Below are positions 33,260 through 40,732 of a stretch of DNA of 64,000 nucleotides, piece after piece (position 1 is the first letter of the stretch; the number at the start of each line of letters is the position of its first letter). The notes beneath the pieces were generated by a model. The model saw nothing but the letters and a program-made list of their open reading frames with translations. It was not told the DNA's origin and ran no database searches. This DNA is from Brevundimonas sp. (lineage in GTDB: Bacteria; Pseudomonadota; Alphaproteobacteria; Caulobacterales; Caulobacteraceae), in the NCBI RefSeq assembly GCF_018608325.1, contig NZ_JABAZW010000013.1, positions 8,009-72,008 of the forward strand, given 5' to 3'. A program made the translations under genes and the position numbers.

Positions 33260-33502
33260 ATGAAAAAGATATATGCGGGCGTTGTTTTGGCGGCAGCCAT
33301 CATGGGCGTTGCGACGTCATCCATCGCCGGGCCAGACTGCGATGCGCCTTCGATAGGTAATAAATGCGACGAGGCTTTCAACGATGAGGTGCTGATTTGC
33401 GGCTTCCTCACCGAACATGGAAGCGAAATCGCGCAGGGCTGTATCGAGACAGCCAGGGCCAAACATAACGCATGCATGAAGGCCAACAGTTGTTCGGGCT
33501 GA
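33260..33502 (+). CDS. Small secreted cysteine-rich protein
   Basis: SD GGAGA lies 9 nt upstream. The signal peptide is MKKIYAGVVLAAAIMGVATSSIA. The ~57-aa mature part holds six Cys. Confidence 0.55.
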   Translation: MKKIYAGVVLAAAIMGVATSSIAGPDCDAPSIGNKCDEAFNDEVLICGFLTEHGSEIAQGCIETARAKHNACMKANSCSG

Positions 33503-33558
33503 TCAAGCTGAACTGACAGTTCGGGGCCGCTCTGTTCATCAGGGCGGCCTTTCGTCAT

Positions 33559-33828
33559 TCAGGCCGTCATCAAATCCCGATAAGGCTCCCCGCGCTCCCC
33601 CGCCTCAGCCCGCGTCAGCACCTTCGTCTCATTGTTCGCCCCGACCGCGACCTTGATGTCCCGGATGCGGACGCCGTCTGCGATGGTCTTTGGACGCCCT
33701 GGCTGCATAGCGCTCAGCCGCTCAATCCATTCGTCAGTCTGGACCGTGATCAGGCCGGGTTTCTGGCTGTCATCGCTGGCCGCTGCCTGCATGGCGTCGA
33801 GGGCGGCGTTTAGTTCGTCGGGGCTCAT
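33559..33828 (-). CDS. Hypothetical protein
   Basis: From the ORF track. Acidic N-terminus. No domain recognised. Confidence 0.5.
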   Translation of the reverse strand: MSPDELNAALDAMQAAASDDSQKPGLITVQTDEWIERLSAMQPGRPKTIADGVRIRDIKVAVGANNETKVLTRAEAGERGEPYRDLMTA

Positions 33829-33976
33829 TCAACGACGTGTAGGCCGAGTCGCCGGGAGGGATTGTAGGGAACCAATCTCTCAAGCGACGGTTCTCCCCTC
33901 ATGATCGGGCTTGCCCTTCCTGGTCAGCGTAGCAGTCTGAGCCGCCGCTTTGCACCGAGAGCGGCGGCTTTCTGTT

Positions 33977-34249
33977 TCAGGCGTTAGCCGTAAACCACTG
34001 TCGGAAGGCGTCGGCATCAAACGACGACCCGAAGTGGAAGTTGTCAGCCATTACGTAGAACCATCCGGCGCTTGGCCTCGCCTCCAGCCACTCGATCATC
34101 TTGCCGCGCGCGACGGGTCCGCGATCCGGCAGGCTTAAGGTCGTGATCTTGTCGCGGGTGCGTGCCCACTCGGTCTGCGTCAGTTTTTGCATCGGCGGCT
34201 TAGGAGGGCGGTTCGCCGGTCCTGTCGATGCGCCGCGGCGGGTTCTCAA
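33977..34249 (-). CDS. Hypothetical protein (start uncertain: TTG 34249 or ATG 34192)
   Basis: From the ORF track. Neither candidate start has a clear SD. Confidence 0.4.
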   Translation of the reverse strand: MRTRRGASTGPANRPPKPPMQKLTQTEWARTRDKITTLSLPDRGPVARGKMIEWLEARPSAGWFYVMADNFHFGSSFDADAFRQWFTANA

Positions 34250-34253
34250 CAGC

Positions 34254-34955
34254 TCAGTTGAGGCTATGCAAAGCTCCGTCAGGCAACGGGCGTTGCAGGG
34301 CCTTCGCCTCGGCCCATGGCGCTGTCATCCAGGCCTCGAACTCGTCTGGCTCGGTCAGGATCACCGGCATGGCCTTGGGGTGGACCGCCTTCACCGGCTC
34401 GCTGGGATCGGTCGTCAGGAACGCCATGAGGTCGATCGTCTCCTTGCCGGTCTTGATCTTCCGAACCCCGGTCCAGCCCGACAGGTGGATGCCCGCGAAG
34501 AAGGCCAGCGGTTCGTCGCCCGGCAGACTGAACCACACCGGCTTGTATTTGCCCTCCGCATCCCGCCCTGGTTCGCTGAAGGCCGTGAATGGGACCAGAC
34601 AGCGGTTGGCAGGCTCTAGCCACGGCTTCCAGTGCGACGAGGTCGTGTTGCGGACGTTCGTCGTTCCGCTGTCCGGCTCCACCTCCAGCAGGGCTGGGAA
34701 ATCCACGTCCTTGCCCTTGGCGCGTAGCTTGTCGGCCCGCTTGGTTGCGGCGTCGAAGATCGCTTTCTTGGACGACGGCATGCCCCAGCGCGCCAGCGCC
34801 AGCTCTCGGACGCCGTCAGATCCTACACGGACGATGGGCGCGGCATAGTCGGGATAGATGTCGCCCGGCGCCAGGTTTCCGACCGTTGACCGCATAGCCT
34901 TCGACAGGTCCATGATCGCCTGAGGGCCGCTGCGCTGTCTGTAGAGATTGCACAT
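34254..34955 (-). CDS. SOS-response-associated peptidase (SRAP/YedK-HMCES family) abasic-site processing protein
   Basis: The N-terminal MCN (catalytic Cys2), together with its length and internal motifs, is typical of the SRAP family. Confidence 0.85.
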   Translation of the reverse strand: MCNLYRQRSGPQAIMDLSKAMRSTVGNLAPGDIYPDYAAPIVRVGSDGVRELALARWGMPSSKKAIFDAATKRADKLRAKGKDVDFPALLEVEPDSGTTNVRNTTSSHWKPWLEPANRCLVPFTAFSEPGRDAEGKYKPVWFSLPGDEPLAFFAGIHLSGWTGVRKIKTGKETIDLMAFLTTDPSEPVKAVHPKAMPVILTEPDEFEAWMTAPWAEAKALQRPLPDGALHSLN

Positions 34956-34996
34956 GGCCGAACGGTCTCATGGTCTCGCGGGTTTGTGGAGTCGGT

Positions 34997-35356
34997 TCAG
35001 GCCTTTGGCGACTTACGTTCCCACGGCAGCAGGCCATCAGGATCGGCCCAATGCCCCATTTTCAGGGTCCATCCCGCCGCCTGCAGTCGCTTTCGCTCCG
35101 CGTCGTTGAAATCCCACCACGCGTCATCCCGATCTGTGATCGTGTCCAGCGCTGCTGGCCAGAGGCGCGTTCCGTCCACAAACTTCACACGACCTGGACA
35201 TTTCCGACAGCGTGGGCGCCGGTTCACAAGGCTGAAGGCTGGCCCCTTTACCGCTAGGATGGCGTTGAGATCGACGGGGCCGGTTTGCTCACACACCGAG
35301 CATCGCCAATAAACCTTAGCCTGCCGCTCTACGAGGTCGGCAATCGTGCTGGTCAT
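34997..35356 (-). CDS. Hypothetical zinc-ribbon protein
   Basis: CSVC..(26 aa)..CRKC pattern. Its start overlaps the upstream stop (ATGA). Confidence 0.55.
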   Translation of the reverse strand: MTSTIADLVERQAKVYWRCSVCEQTGPVDLNAILAVKGPAFSLVNRRPRCRKCPGRVKFVDGTRLWPAALDTITDRDDAWWDFNDAERKRLQAAGWTLKMGHWADPDGLLPWERKSPKA

Positions 35357-35565
35357 CGCACCCGAAACCGTCCCAGTCCCATAGCGATGGCCTGACTGAC
35401 CAGCCGGTCGTTCTCAGCCTTGGACACGTAGGCGACGTTTGAGCCGGGGGCCAAGACCTCGGGCAGGCTCGGGTGTGGTCGTGGATGCGGTGGGGTGGAC
35501 GCTATCCGAGCGTCCGGTTCAGCGATCAGCAGAAGGCGCTCCGAGAGCGGCAAGGGGTTCGACAT
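35353..35565 (-). CDS. Hypothetical small protein directly downstream of the integrase gene (an excisionase role cannot be supported)
   Basis: The ATG lies 2 nt after the integrase stop, with a GAGGG SD. No HTH is evident. Confidence 0.45.
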   Translation of the reverse strand: MSNPLPLSERLLLIAEPDARIASTPPHPRPHPSLPEVLAPGSNVAYVSKAENDRLVSQAIAMGLGRFRVR

Positions 35566-35567
35566 CG

Positions 35568-36785
35568 TCAGGCCCTCAGGTGGTGGACGTTGGAGGCCGG
35601 CGTGGCTCCAGTGCAGTGATCAGCCCAGGCGTTCATGAGGCCGGCCCTCTTTTCCAGTGCGTCAGATCGCCGATAGGCACGCTCCACCGCATTTCCAATC
35701 TGATGGGCTAAGGCCTCTTCGATCAGTTCACGCGGGTATTGAGTGCAATCCCCCGCCCAATCTCTGAACGTCGAGCGAAATCCGTGCACAGTTACGCTCT
35801 CTGAGCAATGCAGCCGCAAAGCCTTGGATGCCGCAACATCTGTGAGCGGCTTTCGGCGACCGCCAGAGAAAATGAATTCTCCGCGGGCTTCCTTCGGGAT
35901 TCTATCAAGAACCGCTATGGCCGCTGACGACAGGGGGACGCGATGTTCCTTCTTGGCCTTCATGCGTTCAGGCGGAATGGTCCATATCTTTCCAGAGATC
36001 TCGGACCAGCGTGCTCCCCTCACCTCACCAGATCGACAGGCTGTCAGGATCACAAACCGGAGTGCCAATGCTGAGACGCTGTCCAGCGATTCCAGCTTGG
36101 TGATCAGCGCCGGGACGTTGCTGTAATCAAGTGCGGCATGGTGGACCTTTTGTCGCTTTCCGCCAGACAGCAGGGCTGACAGATGCCCCTTCCAACGTGC
36201 TGGGTTTTCTCCCTCACGAAGTCCCCGCACCTTTGCTGCATCAAGAACGCGCTCGATCCTCCCGCGTATGCGCTGGGCTGTCTCCGGCAGTTCGTTCCAG
36301 ATTGGCTGCAACGCCGAAAGCACCATCTCCGTATCAACGGTTGCGACATCCGCCTTCCAGATTCTCGCAGCGTGCTGCTGGAGAGAGGCTTCCCACTGCG
36401 GTCGCTGCTTCGGTGACTTCCATCCACGCTCAAGTTCGTCCAGCAGCTTACCCGCTACCTGTTCGAAGGTTTGCCCCTGGGGAGCGGCTTTCGTCGCATT
36501 GCGTAGAGCGATGGGGTCGCGGCCATCCTCAACGTCCTGACGCGCCATGCCTGCTTTCTCACGAGCACGGGCCAGCCCTACGGTAGCAAGGCTACCCAGG
36601 CCCATTTCTCTACGGCGTCCGTGATGGAAGAAGATGAAGACCCAACTCCGCCCGCCAGCCTGATCGACGCGCAGGTAGAGGCCGCTGCCATCGGCGTGCA
36701 TGCCGGGCGGCTTCGTGGATAGGCCACGGGTAGTCAATCTGTTGGTGGTTGTCGCCACGCTTCCTCCAGAACGAAAACGGAACAT
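35568..36785 (-). CDS. int: Tyrosine integrase (P4-like, with an N-terminal arm-binding domain)
   Basis: DGSGLYLRV..GRSWVFIFF N-terminal domain. The catalytic region is ..ACRSGEVRGARW..HGFRSTFRDWAGD..ALAH..AYRRSD. Confidence 0.92.
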   Translation of the reverse strand: MFRFRSGGSVATTTNRLTTRGLSTKPPGMHADGSGLYLRVDQAGGRSWVFIFFHHGRRREMGLGSLATVGLARAREKAGMARQDVEDGRDPIALRNATKAAPQGQTFEQVAGKLLDELERGWKSPKQRPQWEASLQQHAARIWKADVATVDTEMVLSALQPIWNELPETAQRIRGRIERVLDAAKVRGLREGENPARWKGHLSALLSGGKRQKVHHAALDYSNVPALITKLESLDSVSALALRFVILTACRSGEVRGARWSEISGKIWTIPPERMKAKKEHRVPLSSAAIAVLDRIPKEARGEFIFSGGRRKPLTDVAASKALRLHCSESVTVHGFRSTFRDWAGDCTQYPRELIEEALAHQIGNAVERAYRRSDALEKRAGLMNAWADHCTGATPASNVHHLRA

Positions 36786-36807
36786 ACACCAACGACAGGG
36801 GCGGACG

Positions 36808-36938
36808 CTTCCCTAAGCTCTTCCCTAAGGCCCTGCGCTGGCTTCCCGCGAAGTTCAGCGAAGTCTGGCGATGAAAAAACACCGCAGCGCAAGGGTTTAA
36901 GGGGTGGCGGGGTGACCCCTAGCGAAGGCTAGCGAAGG
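36808..36938. repeat. att-proximal short direct repeats (candidate integrase arm-type sites)
   Basis: CTTCCCTAAG occurs at 36808 and 36820. GCGAAG occurs four times in two 10-bp-spaced pairs (36848, 36858, 36922, 36932), the second pair within the exact tandem CTAGCGAAGG at 36919 and 36929. Confidence 0.45.
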
Positions 36939-37057
36939 TCGTTCCGGCGGACACCCTCTCCGCCATTCAACAAATCCATTTAAAATTGATCCAAACCGCA
37001 TTCTGACGCAGGCGATTGCCTGCATCATATGCAGAGCTGAGCGCGCGCTGGCGCACA

Positions 37058-37090
37058 TGAAAAGGGGCCGCGCAGTCATCTGCGCGGCCC
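37058..37090 (-). terminator. Intrinsic terminator of the beta-glucosidase gene
   Basis: Perfect 11-bp stem GGGCCGCGCAG/CTGCGCGGCCC with a 4-nt loop, followed on the minus strand by CTTTTC. Confidence 0.7.
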
Positions 37091-37115
37091 GTCTCATTTC
37101 AGCATCTGCCGCGAC

Positions 37116-39608
37116 TTACGTCGGGCAGCGGGTTTCGGTCTGGCTGGCGTCCAGCTTGATCTCGGAGACCGAGATGGTCAGCGAGCCGGGGGTGGTTAGG
37201 TGGAACGGCACCTCGACGCGGGACAGGTCGCCGCCGTCGGTGCGGAAGCAGGTCAGCGGGATGCGCGCGACCTGCCAGCGGGCGGCCGGGGCCGACTTCA
37301 GCAGGTTGGTGACATCGACAGCGCCGCCGCCCAGCGACAGGCGCACCGTATCACTGGGCGCCGCGTCGATGCGGTAGCGGAAGCTGAGGGCCACCGCGCC
37401 ATTGGCCTGACGGATCAGATCGACGGGCGTGCCCCAGATCTCGACGCTGGCGGGGCCGGAACCGGCATAGGCGAACTGCTGGCCGCTTTCCTGCGCCAGA
37501 TCGTCGATGGGGCGCGAGATGACGCCGCTGCGCGGGCTGGAGGCGGACTTGGCCGTGCCCGGGCGCGTCTGGCCACCCGCATCGTTCAGCAGCAGGCCCC
37601 ACGGCGACACGAACCGGCCATCAACGAAGTAGCGGTCCAGATTGGCCGCCGCGACGGCGACGCCGCTGTCTTCCGACAGACGACCAACGCGCACCGGGTG
37701 GGCGTAGCTGAGGCCGTAACCATAGGCGAACTGCGGGTCATAGCCGGGCTGGCCGACGTTCAGCGGCTCACCCTTGGCGTCCTTGGGCCAGCTGAACGAC
37801 AGCTTGCCGGTGAAGTCGTGGCGCGGCTTGCCCGCACGGTCGCCGATCAGCAGGTCGGCGACCCCCGCCCCTTCCGTGCCCGGCAGCCATGCGGCGACGA
37901 AGGCGTCGGACTGGTTGATCTCGGGATTGGTCCACATCGGGCGGCCCGACAGGAAGACCGAGACGGTGGGAATGCCCGCCGCCTTCAGACGCTTCAGCGT
38001 TTCCAGCGGCGCGGTCGGCACATAGGCCAGATTGTCGACGTCACCCTGGAACTCGGCATAGGGGGACTCGCCGAAGACGACGATGGCCACATCCGGCTTG
38101 GTCGTGAACGATCCGTCGGCGCTGAGGGCCGCCGTACCGCCCGACTGGCTGACGGCCTCATTGATGCCTGCCCAGATCGACTGCCCCTGCGGGAAGTCGG
38201 CGTTGGTGTTGCCCGTGCCCTGCCAGCTGAGCGTCCAGCCGCCAGAGGCCTGGCCGATGTCGTCTGCGGCCGTTCCGGCGACCAGAACCCGCGCATTGGC
38301 CCGGATCGGCAGAACGCCTTCGTTCTTAAGCAGCACCAGCGACTTCTGCACCGCTTCACGCGCCAGGGCGCGGTGGGCGGGCGAGGCCAGCTCTTCGAAC
38401 CGGCCTTCGACCGGGCGTTCAGTGTTGAACAGGCCGGTCTTGACCTTGGCGGTCAGGATGCGGCGCACGGCGTCCTCGATGCGAGCAGCCGGGATTTCGC
38501 CCGAGCGCGCCTGGGCCAGGGTGCTGGCGTACAGCGGCTTCCAGCTGTCAGGCGCCATCAGCATGTCGATGCCGGCATTGACCGCCAGCGCGCAGCTTTC
38601 GTTGGTGCAGCCCGGCAGTTGGCCGTGGGCGTTCCAGTCGGAGACGACGAAGCCCTTGAAGCCCAGCGGCCCGTGCAGCACGTCGCGCAGCAGGGTGTCG
38701 TTGCCCGAATGCTTGTAACCGTTCCAGCTGGAGAAGCTGGCCATGATCGACAGCACGCCCGCGTCGATCGCCTGAACATAACCACCCAGATGGATGTCGA
38801 TCAGCTCCTGCTCGGTGCCGATGAAGTCGCCCTGGTCCTTGCCGCCATCGGTGCCGCCGTCGGCCAGGAAGTGTTTGGCCGAACCCGCGATATGGCCGGG
38901 CGCCAGCGGCTGACCCGCAACCAGTTGTCCCTGCAGGCCCAGGGTCATCGGTCCGGCATAGGCGCGCTGGACCTCGGGGTTCTCGGCATAGCCTTCGTAG
39001 GTGCGGCCCCAACGGTCATCGCGCGGCACGGCCAGCGTCGGGCCGAAGGTCCAGTCGGCGCCGGTCACGGCGACTTCCAGCGCGGTCGCCACGCCGATGC
39101 GGTGGATCAGGTCAGGGTCACGCGCGGCGCCCAGACCGATATTGTGCGGAAAGATGGTCGCGCCCGGCACGTTGTTGTGCCCGTGAACGGCGTCGATGCC
39201 GTAGATCAGCGGGATCACCGTGCCGCCGCGCGCGGCGTTGGCGGCGCGGAAGGCCTGGGCCAGCTCCAGCCATTTTGGCGGCGCGGCCTTGTCGTCACCC
39301 CACGGGCCGGAACTGCCGCCCGCCAGGATCGAACCCAGCGGATAGGTCTTCAGGTCTTCAGGAGTGATCGAGGAGATGTCGGCCTGGATCAGCTGCCCCA
39401 CCTTCTCCTCCAGCGTCATGCGGCGGATCAGGTCGGTGACGAAGGCGTCGGTCTGCGCATCGCTGATGGCGGCGGGGGTCGCGGCGTGCGGCCAGATGGC
39501 GGGATTGGCGCGGGCGGCCTCGGGCACCGGAATGGTCTGGGCCAGAACCGACGAAGCGCCGCCCAGGGCGATCGTCAGGGCAATCAGGGAAGCGGCTGTG
39601 CGACGCAT
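37116..39608 (-). CDS. bglX: Periplasmic beta-glucosidase, glycoside hydrolase family 3
   Basis: The signal peptide is MRRTAASLIALTIALGGASSVLA. GH3 motifs are present: GIDAVHGHNNV, KHFLADGGT, GFVVSDWNA. The ATG at 39608 follows GAGGAAG. Confidence 0.9.
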   Translation of the reverse strand: MRRTAASLIALTIALGGASSVLAQTIPVPEAARANPAIWPHAATPAAISDAQTDAFVTDLIRRMTLEEKVGQLIQADISSITPEDLKTYPLGSILAGGSSGPWGDDKAAPPKWLELAQAFRAANAARGGTVIPLIYGIDAVHGHNNVPGATIFPHNIGLGAARDPDLIHRIGVATALEVAVTGADWTFGPTLAVPRDDRWGRTYEGYAENPEVQRAYAGPMTLGLQGQLVAGQPLAPGHIAGSAKHFLADGGTDGGKDQGDFIGTEQELIDIHLGGYVQAIDAGVLSIMASFSSWNGYKHSGNDTLLRDVLHGPLGFKGFVVSDWNAHGQLPGCTNESCALAVNAGIDMLMAPDSWKPLYASTLAQARSGEIPAARIEDAVRRILTAKVKTGLFNTERPVEGRFEELASPAHRALAREAVQKSLVLLKNEGVLPIRANARVLVAGTAADDIGQASGGWTLSWQGTGNTNADFPQGQSIWAGINEAVSQSGGTAALSADGSFTTKPDVAIVVFGESPYAEFQGDVDNLAYVPTAPLETLKRLKAAGIPTVSVFLSGRPMWTNPEINQSDAFVAAWLPGTEGAGVADLLIGDRAGKPRHDFTGKLSFSWPKDAKGEPLNVGQPGYDPQFAYGYGLSYAHPVRVGRLSEDSGVAVAAANLDRYFVDGRFVSPWGLLLNDAGGQTRPGTAKSASSPRSGVISRPIDDLAQESGQQFAYAGSGPASVEIWGTPVDLIRQANGAVALSFRYRIDAAPSDTVRLSLGGGAVDVTNLLKSAPAARWQVARIPLTCFRTDGGDLSRVEVPFHLTTPGSLTISVSEIKLDASQTETRCPT

Positions 39609-39786
39609 GAATCTTCCTCGTGTTTCCAAACGAGGACGTGCGGACTGTTCCGGAAGGCACAGGCCGACCTGTGGCGGAATGATCCTCATCCCTGCCCGAC
39701 CGAACGGCGCGTCTGCTCCCGAGCGATCGATCCGCCGCCCTTACCTCACGATAAGGGCGGCAGAGCGGGGGTATCGTCAAGCTATT

Positions 39787-39804
39787 TTTGAGAACGTTCT
39801 CAAA
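39787..39804. promoter_or_regulatory. 18-bp perfect palindrome TTTGAGAACGTTCTCAAA (LacI-family-type operator candidate)
   Basis: The core TGAGAACGTTCTCA fits the TG-N4-CG-N4-CA pattern. It lies ~180 nt upstream of the bglX start. Confidence 0.5.
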
Positions 39805-39857
39805 CATCCGGGGCGCAGATTGACGCACGCCACAGGATAATCAGCTTTTTGAGAGAC

Positions 39858-40079
39858 TTAGTCCGGCAGGTCTTCGGCCAGGATCGCCATTTCAAACATG
39901 AACGAGCCTTCTTCGTCCTCGTCCTCGAAGACGATGCCGATGAACTCGTCGCCGACATAGACTTCAGCCGAGTCGTTCTGCTTGGGACGGGCCTTCAGGA
40001 TGATGCCGCCGGTGTTGAAGGTGCGCTTGAGGTGGGCCTCGATGCGCTTCAGGTCGGTGTCTTTCACGGGTGGCCTCAT
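39858..40079 (-). CDS. DUF3126-like small protein
   Basis: 73 aa: ..LKRIEAHLKRTFNTGGIILKARPKQNDSAEVYVGDEFIGIVFEDEDEEGSFMFEMAI, as I recall for DUF3126. Confidence 0.65.
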   Translation of the reverse strand: MRPPVKDTDLKRIEAHLKRTFNTGGIILKARPKQNDSAEVYVGDEFIGIVFEDEDEEGSFMFEMAILAEDLPD

Positions 40080-40185
40080 AGTCCTTGGATTGGCGGCGGA
40101 CCCTAGAGAAGTCGGGCCTTCAGGGGAACTGGCAGATGCATTTTTCGCGCAGGCCTGAAAAACAGCGTCTGTGCGTAACGGATAG

Positions 40186-40725
40186 TCAGACGCCCCGGTC
40201 AGGCTTGGGGCTGCTCATTTCGATCAGAGCCGCCATGACCCGCTCCCTAGCGGCTGGCGGCAGGCCGTTCGGGTCCTGGGCCTGCATCAGCCACAGCCCG
40301 TCCGACGCCAACCCGGCTATAAATCGGGCCATGGCCGCCGCATCGCCTTCAACTGGAACGGACGGGGCCGCGCTGTCACGTACCTCAGACCATATGCTCG
40401 CCACCCTGTCGTTGTGGGCGCTGTCCAGCATCAGCACCATCTCGGCGCGGCTGGGCGCTTCCCCGCCGCTCAGGATATAGGCCTGCTGTCGATCACCGCC
40501 TGTCCGTCTTTCCGCCAGTTCGTCAAGCTGCACCCGCCAGCGATCCGCCAGGAAGGCGTGGCTGGCCGTGATCAACTCATCGCGCGATCTGAAATGATAG
40601 ATCAGCCCCCCGCGCGTAATGCCCGTTTCCGCCGCCACCGCGTCAAAGGTCACCGCCGTCAGCCCGTCGCGTTCGATGATGGCGATGACGCCTTCCAGGA
40701 TGCGGACGCGGTTGTTGGCCTTCAT
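40186..40725 (-). CDS. TetR-family transcriptional regulator
   Basis: N-terminal HTH RILEGVIAIIERDGLTAVTFDAVAAETGITRGGLIYHFRSRDEL. The ATG at 40725 lies just after the MFS stop. Confidence 0.85.
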   Translation of the reverse strand: MKANNRVRILEGVIAIIERDGLTAVTFDAVAAETGITRGGLIYHFRSRDELITASHAFLADRWRVQLDELAERRTGGDRQQAYILSGGEAPSRAEMVLMLDSAHNDRVASIWSEVRDSAAPSVPVEGDAAAMARFIAGLASDGLWLMQAQDPNGLPPAARERVMAALIEMSSPKPDRGV

Positions 40726-40732
40726 GATCGTC

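Larger units (their letters stand above)
1..36940. mobile_element. Integrated tailed-phage genome (prophage). The left end is cut by the window; the right boundary is approximate and lies in the integrase-proximal att region.
   Basis: Contiguous phage modules: early/replication operon, terminase-portal-capsid-tail genes, lysis cassette, and a tyrosine integrase at 35568-36785. Host-type genes begin at 37116 with their own terminator at 37058-37090. Confidence 0.9.

Noticed and set aside
33901-33987. A 28-codon + strand ORF ending in the 10-bp perfect hairpin AGCCGCCGCT/AGCGGCGGCT (33931-33960) followed by a T-rich run. This was considered as a small + strand gene or sRNA inside the minus-strand operon.
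   Set aside because: There is no SD and no promoter-like sequence, and the peptide is Arg/Ala-rich. The hairpin itself is real but its role is undetermined; it could be an mRNA processing or stability element between two minus-strand genes.
36610-36882. A 90-aa minus-strand ORF upstream of the integrase gene.
   Set aside because: It overlaps the integrase start, and its sequence is dictated by the short direct repeats (LGKSLGK), so it reflects att-arm repeats rather than a gene.
36786-37115. A tRNA or tmRNA gene as the integration target next to the P4-like integrase.
   Set aside because: Reading both strands, I found no T-loop (GGTTCGAATCC-like) or acceptor/CCA structure. The fragment TGGCGGGGTGACCCC does not fold into a T-arm. 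A proper tRNAscan/ARAGORN run would settle this.
37200-39791. An 863-aa ORF on the + strand, plus similar very long ORFs elsewhere: 53423-55744 (-), 51860-53341 (+), 60712-62172 (-), 13465-14586 (-), 9433-10533 (-), 58131-59207 (+), 41366-42220 (+), 42602-43474 (+), 23097-24508 (-) and 48000-49214 (-).
   Set aside because: Each is antisense to a gene with clear family motifs (GH3, RNase R, CBS, PncB, capsid, TerL, PleD, MFS, CysE, tape measure, NMO). The products are Arg/Gly/Ala/Asp/His-rich low-complexity sequences. These are the usual stop-free shadow frames of GC-rich DNA.
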